Under the pieces are notes generated by a model. It ran no database searches, was not told the DNA's origin, and worked only from the letters and a program-made list of their open reading frames with translations. The position numbers were made by a program, and so were the translations under genes. Source: an uncultured Desulfobacterales bacterium (GTDB lineage Bacteria > Desulfobacterota > Dissulfuribacteria > Dissulfuribacterales > QOAL01). Taken from it: 64,000 bases of DNA. How positions within the stretch are numbered: position 1 is the stretch's first letter; each line of letters starts with the position of its first letter. Shown piece after piece: positions 1 through 7,758 of this stretch. The stretch covers positions 75,647 through 139,646 of the forward strand of contig CAZNKP010000020.1 in assembly GCA_964573805.1 (NCBI GenBank), read 5' to 3'.

Positions 1-37
1 AAGTAAGCAAGGCCTGATGGAGCAGGGAGGTTAGAAA

Positions 38-616
38 ATGGCAAGGATGAAGTTCTTGTGTGACGTAGAACGTTGCATCGATTGCAAGGGCTGTGTGATA
101 GCCTGCAAGGAAGGTAATGGTGTCCCGGTGGGCATAAATAGGAGGCGGGTAATTACCATCAATCAGGGTAAACCTGGCGAGAAGAGCATTTCTATTGCAT
201 GTATGCACTGTTCAGATGCTCCCTGCATAGCGGTTTGCCCTGTTAGTGCCATATATCAACGCGATGACGGTATAGTGCTGGTAAACAAGGATGTCTGTAT
301 CGGATGCGGTTACTGTTTTATCGCCTGTCCTTTCGGTGTGCCCCAGTTCCCCAAGGGGGATATCTTTGGAAAGCGCGGTGTCATGGACAAGTGCACTTTT
401 TGTGCAGGAGGACCAGCACCAAACTTCAGCGAGAAGGAAAGGCGCCTGTATGGTCAGAACAGGATCGCCGAGGGCAAGGTTCCTCTATGTGCTGCTATGT
501 GTTCTACAAAGGCACTCCTTGCAGGAGATGGAGACGTAATTTCACGCATATTCCAGGAAAGGGTGGCCAAGAGGGGAACAGGCTCTAAGGCCCCTGGCTG
601 GTCTGTTGCTTATTAG
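38..616 (+). CDS. 4Fe-4S iron-sulfur (beta) subunit of a formate dehydrogenase / DMSO-reductase-family complex (FdnH/NrfC-like)
   Basis: 192 aa with four ferredoxin-type Cys clusters (CIDCKGCVIAC, CMHCSDAPCIAVC, CIGCGYCFIAC, CTFC...CAAMC). GGGAGG Shine-Dalgarno 7 nt upstream of the ATG. Followed by a cytochrome b-type subunit. Confidence 0.8.
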   Translation: MARMKFLCDVERCIDCKGCVIACKEGNGVPVGINRRRVITINQGKPGEKSISIACMHCSDAPCIAVCPVSAIYQRDDGIVLVNKDVCIGCGYCFIACPFGVPQFPKGDIFGKRGVMDKCTFCAGGPAPNFSEKERRLYGQNRIAEGKVPLCAAMCSTKALLAGDGDVISRIFQERVAKRGTGSKAPGWSVAY

Positions 617-639
617 TTATAGTTGATTTGGGTGAGGGG

Positions 640-1512
640 ATGAAGGGCGTTGTGCAAGGGCGCAGTATATGTCAGCTGGGCATTGTAACAGTCTATGTGC
701 TCGGTTGTTGCTTGGTGTTTGCTTCTGAAACGCTTCTAAGGAAATCCGGTTTTGTCTCCACCCCCCAGATTTTTAGAGAATTCGGGTTGGTGCCCCAAGA
801 CTGGCAACATTATGCTCCAGACTTTATTGCCTTTATAAATAACCTTTGCAGGTTTTACCTGCCCGTGATATTCGGAGTTCCTCTTGTCTTTCTGTTGCAT
901 TATATAACGATTGGGCCAAAAGAGTTTGACCATTCAGGCAAAAAAGTATGGTTTTATTCTTCTCTTGTAAGGTTTTTGCATTGGTTGTGTGCTGTATTTT
1001 TCACGTTGCTTGTAATAACAGGTCTTATGATAGTTTTTGCAAAGCTGTTTGGCGGTGGTGCTGGAATACTTTGGGCCAGGACGGTGCATCTTGGCTGTGC
1101 CTACGGATTTGCAGTAACTGCCACTCCTCTTTTCTTCATATGGATAAGAGATATGTTTCCTGCCCCTTACGATCTGCTTTGGCTTGCGAAGGCAGGTGGA
1201 TATCTTACAAAGAAGACTGTGGAGGTCCCTGCAGGCAAGTTCAACTTTGGACAAAAGATATGGTTTTGGCTAGCCTTTGTTGGTGGAGGCATAATGTTTT
1301 ATACAGGCTACTATGTCAGTACTATGGCAGGACAACAGCCTGAAATGGCAGGCTTTATTAAACTTCATCTTATCCTTGGCTTGTTTATTGTAGCCTTTTT
1401 TGTTACCCACCTCTACATGTCTCTTTTTGTTGTTAAGGGTTCCTTAAAAAGTATGCTTTCTGGCTATAAATGGGAAGAAGAAGTGAGAATCCTTCATGGC
1501 AGGATGCTCTAA
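640..1512 (+). CDS. Membrane cytochrome b-type (gamma) subunit, FdnI/FdoI-like
   Basis: Multi-TM protein with conserved His in the helices (FLHWLC, RTVHLGC, KLHLILG, VTHLYM). Sits immediately downstream of the Fe-S subunit. The ORF opens at 628; ATG at 640 is preferred and the start is uncertain. Confidence 0.7.
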   Translation: MKGVVQGRSICQLGIVTVYVLGCCLVFASETLLRKSGFVSTPQIFREFGLVPQDWQHYAPDFIAFINNLCRFYLPVIFGVPLVFLLHYITIGPKEFDHSGKKVWFYSSLVRFLHWLCAVFFTLLVITGLMIVFAKLFGGGAGILWARTVHLGCAYGFAVTATPLFFIWIRDMFPAPYDLLWLAKAGGYLTKKTVEVPAGKFNFGQKIWFWLAFVGGGIMFYTGYYVSTMAGQQPEMAGFIKLHLILGLFIVAFFVTHLYMSLFVVKGSLKSMLSGYKWEEEVRILHGRML

Positions 1513-1522
1513 ATAATGCGCT

Positions 1523-2680
1523 TTGGTCTCCACGGGTCTTGAAATATTCATAAAAGAACGGCCCTCTTGGGCCAAAAGGCGTATTGGTTTGCTTTGTAAT
1601 CAGGCGTCTGTGGATAGTAACTTGATACATGCCCGTTTTCTTGTTAACGATGCCTTTCCTGGCAGCCTCAAAGCACTTTTTAGTCCTCAGCATGGTCTTT
1701 ATGCAGAAAAGCAGGATAACATGAAGGAATCGCAAGATACTTTTGATCCGATACTTGGCATTCCAATATTCAGCCTGTATGGCCAAAATAGAAAACCACA
1801 AAAGGAGCAGCTTTCCCTTATAGATATCCTGCTTGTTGATCTGCAAGACTGTGGTACAAGGGTCTATACTTATGTATGGACATTGTTCCTTGCAATGAAG
1901 GAATGCGCAAAAAAAGGTGTGGCGGTTGCAATTCTTGACAGGCCAAATCCAATAGGTGGTGAAGTGGTGGAGGGAAATATCTTGGAAGAGGAACTATTTT
2001 CTTTTGTAGGTATGGCTCCTCTTCCAATGCGCCATGGAATGACCATGGGAGAGCTTGCTTGTTTTCTCGCAAGTTATGCAAGTCTTGATCTTGACCTGTA
2101 TGTTGTAAAGGCAAAGGGATGGCAGAGAAATATGTATTTTGACCAGACAGGGCTTTGCTGGGTAATACCTTCTCCTAATATGCCCAGGATAGAGACTGCT
2201 ATGGTATATCCAGGCCAAGTAATTTTAGAAGGAACAAACCTTTCAGAAGGTAGAGGGACTACGTTGCCTTTTGAGATCTTTGGGGCTCCCTATCTTGACG
2301 TTGATCGATTAATCAAAGAAATCGGAATCGTAGAGGGGGCTATTTTGAGATACCAGTCTTTTGAGCCCACCTTTAACAAGTGGCAGCATCAAAGATGCCA
2401 TGGCCTCCAATTACATATAATAGATAGAGAACGTTTCAGGCCCTATAGATTCACTGTCAATCTTTTATCAGCCCTAAGAAGGCTTCAGGGGCAGGATTTT
2501 TCCTGGACTCCTCCTCCCTATGAATATGATTTTTTTAATCTTCCTGCAGACCTAATAATGGGCAGCAAGGCCTTGAGGCGAATGATTGAAAGTGGGAAGC
2601 CGCCAGAGGAAATAGATGAATTTTTAAAGACACATGAGAAAACATTTTATAAAAAAAGACGGGACTTCCTTATTTATTGA
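1523..2680 (+). CDS. DUF1343 family protein (NamZ-like exo-beta-N-acetylmuramidase)
   Basis: 385 aa. N-terminal RIGLLCNQASV and LFSPQHGLYAEKQDNM match the DUF1343/NamZ family pattern by eye. TTG start. Confidence 0.8.
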   Translation: MVSTGLEIFIKERPSWAKRRIGLLCNQASVDSNLIHARFLVNDAFPGSLKALFSPQHGLYAEKQDNMKESQDTFDPILGIPIFSLYGQNRKPQKEQLSLIDILLVDLQDCGTRVYTYVWTLFLAMKECAKKGVAVAILDRPNPIGGEVVEGNILEEELFSFVGMAPLPMRHGMTMGELACFLASYASLDLDLYVVKAKGWQRNMYFDQTGLCWVIPSPNMPRIETAMVYPGQVILEGTNLSEGRGTTLPFEIFGAPYLDVDRLIKEIGIVEGAILRYQSFEPTFNKWQHQRCHGLQLHIIDRERFRPYRFTVNLLSALRRLQGQDFSWTPPPYEYDFFNLPADLIMGSKALRRMIESGKPPEEIDEFLKTHEKTFYKKRRDFLIY

Positions 2681-2695
2681 GTTTGAGGAAACAAT

Positions 2696-3046
2696 CTAGC
2701 CTTTTTCTCTCTTTAGGGTAACCTCTTTTTTTATTCTATTTAGGCAGTGGCTCAAAGCAGAGATGACATTTTCCCTGAAGTCACCGGCAACTCCGAGAAG
2801 CATTATATCTTCCCCTGTTTTTAGATGTCCTGGAGAGATTTCCACCTCTACAGCGAAAACACCGGGCATGCCCCTTGTTTCTTCTATAATTTCAGACAGT
2901 TTTTCAAAATTTACTTCCATATCTATAGAGGAACATGGTGTCCCGTCTTTAGAATACTCCCGCACTATACCATTATGGATCAAGATCATCCCGGCCTTGG
3001 TCCCGGCCCTTTCTTTAAGTTTCGCCCTAAATTTTGCAATATCCAT
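2696..3046 (-). CDS. MoaE-like small protein (molybdopterin synthase large-subunit fold), probable cofactor accessory protein
   Basis: 116 aa. GMILIHNGIVRE ... GHLKTGEDIMLLGVAGDFRENVISALSHCLNRIKKEV..KRE aligns by eye with the E. coli MoaE core. Lies directly downstream of the AOR gene. Confidence 0.5.
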   Translation of the reverse strand: MDIAKFRAKLKERAGTKAGMILIHNGIVREYSKDGTPCSSIDMEVNFEKLSEIIEETRGMPGVFAVEVEISPGHLKTGEDIMLLGVAGDFRENVISALSHCLNRIKKEVTLKREKG

Positions 3047-3060
3047 AACTTGCTTTTCCT

Positions 3061-4836
3061 TTAGTTATTGCTGTCAAATACTAGATCTCTTATAGCTTTG
3101 CCGTAGGACTTTTTAAGTTCAAGTAGAAATTTTTGATTTACTTGGCCTTTCCATGAGACAACTTTAAAAAAACGTTTTGGGATGGTGATCTTATCTGGAT
3201 CAAAGCCGGTTTCAAACCTAAGTTTCCATCTAGCCTTTCTAATTTCCTTGGAGGCCTTATCAAGCTCGGTAGCGAGTTTTATATATCCTAAGCTTTCAAG
3301 GCATTGGGCAAGACGTTTTGGAGTGTATACCTTTCTTGAAAACAGACAGGCCACCATAGAGTTTAAGAGACACCTTGGCAGCTCATCGTCAAGCAAGAAA
3401 GAGATGGCCTTTTTCAGGTCCCGCTCTGCATGTTTTTGTTCATAGGAATAGGCTCCGGTGTCTAAGTGGGAATGGCGAAATCCAAGAGACTGGGCTGTAA
3501 AAAAGAGTTCTCCAGTGACATAACCTGCCATCTCTTGGCCAAGTACACAGGCGAACCCTGTTCCTCCAAATTCTTGAGCAGCCTTGATGGTCCCTTGCGC
3601 AAGAAGACGGTAAAAATCGTTGGATGCCTTTGCAAGGTGTTCAAGGGCCTGTAGATACAGAATGGCGTTTCCAAATGCCAGCGGAACAAGAGTCTCTTTA
3701 TGGGTTAAAATGGCCTTTTCCAAGGCCTCTGTAGCCCATGCCAAGGCAACTCCGGATGAAATTGCGTCAAGGCCAAGACGGTCTGCTTTCTCAATCAGTT
3801 TTAGTATCGCGACAGGATCTTTTATCCCCAGCATACTTCCCAGGGCAAAGATGGGCTCATAGTCGTAGGCTACCTGCTGGTAATAATAGCGGCTGTCTTC
3901 AGTAAATTTTTCTCTGACAAATCCAACGTGTATGCAACCAACCGGACAACCAGAGCAGGCGAGGTTTCTAAGAAGATGGTTAGTCGCAAATGCCTGACCG
4001 GAGATCATATGTGCATCTGGGTCGTAACTGGCCTGAAGATTACGCCATGGTAAGGATTTTAGGTCATTTAGACGTTCTAAATTGGCTGGCGTTCCAAGGT
4101 CATGATATTTGTGCATCATTCCAGAAGCGTGCACGTCATGATAGACCTCTTTCCAGATTCTTCGGTATAGTTTATCGTCTTCAGGTATGTTAAGTGATGA
4201 ATCTCCAAGGATCACAATGGCCTTGAGATTCTTATGACCCATGACTGCTCCTGCTCCAAGTCTGCCAAAATGCCGGTACGTATCTGCATTTATGCAGGCC
4301 ATGGCCGAAAGATTTTCTCCTGCCGGACCTATTCGTAAAATAGATCTGTGGCCATGGGCCTTTTCTACCATATGACGAATTATTCTTCCGCAATGTATCA
4401 CGTCCATACCCCACAAAAAGTGGGCATCTTTTATCTCCAGAGTATTTGAGCCAACACTTAACAGGCATGGCCTTTTGGCCCGGCCTTTAATTACTAGGGC
4501 ATCCAGACCTGTAAACTTAAGACTCAGTGCGCTTCTGCCTCCTGCATGACTTTCAGTGTATTGATTATGATATGGAGACTTAAAGGCACATACGGTTTTA
4601 CTCATAAGGGGAAAGTAGCCTGTAAGAGGGCCGATAGCAAAGATTAGTGGCTGTTCAGGATGATTCCAAGGTTCATCTTTAAGCCCCATCTTCTCAAACA
4701 GAAATGCACAAAGTCCACTTCCTCCAATTGTCCTCCTTTGATCTGTGATCCAATCGATCTTGGCCTTTCTGGAGGACAAGTCCACCGTCATTATCCGGAA
4801 GCCATCTTTATTCACGTGTTTGTCTCCCTTGATCAA
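3061..4836 (-). CDS. Aldehyde:ferredoxin oxidoreductase family (tungstopterin) enzyme
   Basis: 591 aa. AOR N-terminal pattern (GFRIMTVDLSSRKAKID), Fe-S Cys motif CSGCPVGC and pterin-binding-like ADRLGLDAISSG. The ORF opens with TTG at 4836. GTG at 4815 preceded by AAGGGAG is an alternative start. Confidence 0.9.
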   Translation of the reverse strand: MIKGDKHVNKDGFRIMTVDLSSRKAKIDWITDQRRTIGGSGLCAFLFEKMGLKDEPWNHPEQPLIFAIGPLTGYFPLMSKTVCAFKSPYHNQYTESHAGGRSALSLKFTGLDALVIKGRAKRPCLLSVGSNTLEIKDAHFLWGMDVIHCGRIIRHMVEKAHGHRSILRIGPAGENLSAMACINADTYRHFGRLGAGAVMGHKNLKAIVILGDSSLNIPEDDKLYRRIWKEVYHDVHASGMMHKYHDLGTPANLERLNDLKSLPWRNLQASYDPDAHMISGQAFATNHLLRNLACSGCPVGCIHVGFVREKFTEDSRYYYQQVAYDYEPIFALGSMLGIKDPVAILKLIEKADRLGLDAISSGVALAWATEALEKAILTHKETLVPLAFGNAILYLQALEHLAKASNDFYRLLAQGTIKAAQEFGGTGFACVLGQEMAGYVTGELFFTAQSLGFRHSHLDTGAYSYEQKHAERDLKKAISFLLDDELPRCLLNSMVACLFSRKVYTPKRLAQCLESLGYIKLATELDKASKEIRKARWKLRFETGFDPDKITIPKRFFKVVSWKGQVNQKFLLELKKSYGKAIRDLVFDSNN

Positions 4837-5251
4837 AAGGCTCTTGAGCTAACGATGCCTCCACCATTTCCAGACAACCATGTGGGCAGAATTTGGTACA
4901 AAGACCACAATGAATACAAACTACAGGGAATCCATTATCTGTAACAGTTATGGCATTAACAGGACAGGCTTCTATACAGTTAGAACATCTTATGCAAAGG
5001 TCTTTTCTGATCCTTATGCCTCCAGACTTACGTACCGTGATTGCACCAGTTGGACATGACTTGGCGCATTCAGGGTCTTTGCACGCCAAGCAGTATGAGG
5101 CCTCAAAGCCTGTAGATATACCCCCTGCACTTTTAATTCTTATGCCTGCTACTTGCCACGACAACAGACCGTGTACCAGCCTTGCACAGCTCATGGAGCA
5201 GACATGGCATCCTATGCATCGCTCTATTCTGGTAACCGTTAATATCTTCAT
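4808..5251 (-). CDS. Polyferredoxin-like 4x[4Fe-4S] protein, probable electron-transfer subunit of the AOR (AorA-like)
   Basis: 147 aa with four Cys clusters (CIGCHVCSMSC, CLACKDPECAKSC, CIRCSNCIEAC, CIHCGLCTKFC). Overlaps the AOR start. Confidence 0.85.
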   Translation of the reverse strand: MKILTVTRIERCIGCHVCSMSCARLVHGLLSWQVAGIRIKSAGGISTGFEASYCLACKDPECAKSCPTGAITVRKSGGIRIRKDLCIRCSNCIEACPVNAITVTDNGFPVVCIHCGLCTKFCPHGCLEMVEASLAQEPFDQGRQTRE

Positions 5252-6381
5252 TGTATTTGTATAGTACGCAATTTTTGTTTTTAAAAAATTATAAAAAAGG
5301 ATTCATATCTTCTTTTCTTCTTTGGATCTTGATATAGACCTCATTCTAAGACTTATAATGCCATTAGGAAAGTTCAAAATTTACTGCTTTGTCGTTTTAT
5401 GGTTGCCCTAACCATTGAGAGCAAATAATAGTTATTGGCTAAAAGATTCTATGTGACATGCTCTTAGATTCTCAAAGTTCCTCTTTAAGCGTCTTGTTGG
5501 ATATAGATGATTTTGGACATTCAATTTTAAAAAGCAATTTTCACAATGCCCCTCGTTTTTTATTGGATAGCAAGGAGTAGATATACTTTCTATAAATTGG
5601 ATAGAGTGGTTTGGCTATTTTGCATCTTTTGTAGTTTTGACCTCTTTGATCATGACCTCTATTGTAAAGCTTCGTTGGATCAGGCTCTGTGCTCCATTCT
5701 TTTCACGGTATATTGGCACTTGATAGAGTCTGTCCCGGTTACCTTTATGAATTCTGGTATAGCCTTTATAAATGCCTATTACCTTTTTAATCCTTTAAGA
5801 AAGGAAAAATTTCACTTTGGTTAAAGTCGAAATTGGATCTGAATGATTTAGTTACTCTTGAGTGTTAATAAGAAAGAGATTGATCGTTTTGTCTCTGTCA
5901 AACAGATAAAACAAGCGGTTAATGCCCTTTACATGTTAAGGCACAATGAAATAGCAGGTATTTGGGCAGGGAATCTGAAAGAAGATCTATTTATTAGACT
6001 TGGTTCTATAATATCCAAATACAGAGATTTAAACCTTGGTAATTATTTTTTGCGGAGCATCCTGAATTTCTTGAGCAGCCAGGCATAAAGGGATTACATG
6101 CTATGGCCATAGATAAAAATTACAAAATTTATCTTGATAAATGGTTTTTTTTAAGCTGATTGATAAGGATCCCAATATTTACGAAAAGGAGTTGTAGCTT
6201 GATCTTTCTCCATCTTAATCACCACTAGCAACGACAATCGACTTATTTTGAACTTTTTTATCTATCAAAAGTACATACTAACAAAACGCCAGAAAAGATT
6301 GATTCAATGTTTGATCATGCAAAATCGGGCTTGATTTTGTGCAAAATAGTTTATCCTTTAAAAGATTAGGAGGGCTATATA

Positions 6382-7671
6382 ATGAAAAGGATAACAGGGA
6401 CCTTAATTATGATGATTTTTTATCTGTTTTGTAGTGTTTGCCTTGCAGCTCCTATCAATAGCCATGTTGGTAATGCAAATGTTGCAAACCAACTTGATGC
6501 TTTTAAGCTTAAGTCTAAACCCAATTTACATATTTTCCCAATTAATTTTAGTAAGTCAAAGTTGGTTGTTGGACAAGCATTCGACATTATCGTTACAGTC
6601 AAAAACTCATCGGGTTTTTCTCTATCTACCGATTCAGGAGGAGTGGGGATAACAAGCGCAGATAAATATGGGCCATCTAGGCATCATGTGGGAAGCAGCG
6701 GCAGTTCGCGTAATGTCAGGATCCCTGGGACAGCCACTACTCCTACAGAGTTGACCTTAAAAATCGGAAACGGTCCGAGTGCAACTTTCCAAGTGCCTGC
6801 CTTGGCTCCTGGACAAACTGTTACATTTAAAAAAAGTTATACAGCAACAAAAGCAGGCAATTTGACGATTTCGTGCACAGTAGATCCGAGAAATCTTGTT
6901 AAAGAAGCTAACGAGCATGACAATACCCAGAGAAAGGTAGTACGAATTCTGGGACTTCCAGACTTTAAAATAGTTCGATTCTACGTAACTCCATCCTCTA
7001 TTCGGGTAAATGATGAAATGACAATTCATGCAGTTATTAAAAATTTTGGAGAATCCGGTGCTGCAACTTCAATGCGTTTTGATATACATGGGGACATATC
7101 AGGTGCACAAGATGTGGTATTACATCAAGAAGTAAATGTTCCTTTTCTGGACGCTGGTCAAAAGACTACAGTAACCTATCAGTTTACACCACGTCAGGCC
7201 GGTACTTATACACTTGGAGGTGGTGTGAACACGCCTGCAAGGACTCCCGAGTCCAACACGATTAACAACTCGGTGCCAAGGCTTTTAAGAGTCCAAGTTA
7301 AACCTGCAGGCATAGATCTCGCTCTTGTAGCCATCAATACAAAACACAAAAAGAGAAGATGGTACCAAAATTTTCGAATAACTGTAGTGGTAAAGAATAT
7401 TGGAAATCAGCCAAGCGGTCCTTTTAATGTGCATTTTTATCGACCGTATGATAAAGGAGCTTTGACGGCGCAAGGGACCTGGAAAGATATGAAGCAAAGC
7501 TGTCCTTCTCTTGCCCCCAATCAGATGTGTCGGAAAACCTTTGTATTTCAATACAAAATCTATTTAGGAGAGTTTACAGCGTATAGCAAGGTTGACCCAG
7601 AAAGGAAGGTAAATGATATAAACAGGACCAACAATTCAAGAACCATCAGATTGAAAGTAGCCAATCTCTGA
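6382..7671 (+). CDS. Secreted protein with three CARDB-like (Ig-fold) repeats
   Basis: 429 aa. Signal peptide (LFCSVCLAAP). Repeats carry the V.NxG core (IIVTVKNSSG, IHAVIKNFGESG, VVVKNIGNQPSG) and repeat ends of the VDP..-V.E.NE.NN type (VDPRNLVKEANEHDNT, VDPERKVNDINRTNNS). AGGAGG Shine-Dalgarno upstream. Confidence 0.7.
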   Translation: MKRITGTLIMMIFYLFCSVCLAAPINSHVGNANVANQLDAFKLKSKPNLHIFPINFSKSKLVVGQAFDIIVTVKNSSGFSLSTDSGGVGITSADKYGPSRHHVGSSGSSRNVRIPGTATTPTELTLKIGNGPSATFQVPALAPGQTVTFKKSYTATKAGNLTISCTVDPRNLVKEANEHDNTQRKVVRILGLPDFKIVRFYVTPSSIRVNDEMTIHAVIKNFGESGAATSMRFDIHGDISGAQDVVLHQEVNVPFLDAGQKTTVTYQFTPRQAGTYTLGGGVNTPARTPESNTINNSVPRLLRVQVKPAGIDLALVAINTKHKKRRWYQNFRITVVVKNIGNQPSGPFNVHFYRPYDKGALTAQGTWKDMKQSCPSLAPNQMCRKTFVFQYKIYLGEFTAYSKVDPERKVNDINRTNNSRTIRLKVANL

Positions 7672-7698
7672 AAGTAGCCAATCTCTCTTAAGCAAATA

Positions 7699-7734
7699 GA
7701 AACGGGCTTGGGTTGTCTTTCCTGAGCCCGTTTC
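7699..7734. terminator. Hairpin between convergent genes (possible bidirectional terminator)
   Basis: GAAACGGGCT (7699-7708) pairs perfectly with AGCCCGTTTC (7725-7734) around a 16-nt loop. Located between the CARDB gene stop (7671) and the MCE gene stop (7759). No strong U-tract. Confidence 0.45.
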
Positions 7735-7758
7735 CTTCTATGGGGTGATTTACAGTAA

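Noticed and set aside
1-37. Possible 3' end of a formate dehydrogenase catalytic subunit (TAA at 4-6) and any selenocysteine/SECIS signal
   Set aside because: Only 3-6 nt of any upstream gene are in the window, so nothing can be supported.
5714-5730. TGGCAC hexamer resembling a sigma-54 -24 element
   Set aside because: No TTGC -12 element lies at the required spacing (the sequence there is AGAG), and no gene lies appropriately downstream.
5546-6088. ORFs 5546-5824 (92 aa) and 5858-6088 (76 aa) in the AT-rich gap
   Set aside because: Not reported as genes. They have aromatic/Cys-rich or low-information composition, no Shine-Dalgarno and no recognisable family, and one has a TTG start. They are kept only as part of the AT-rich-gap finding.
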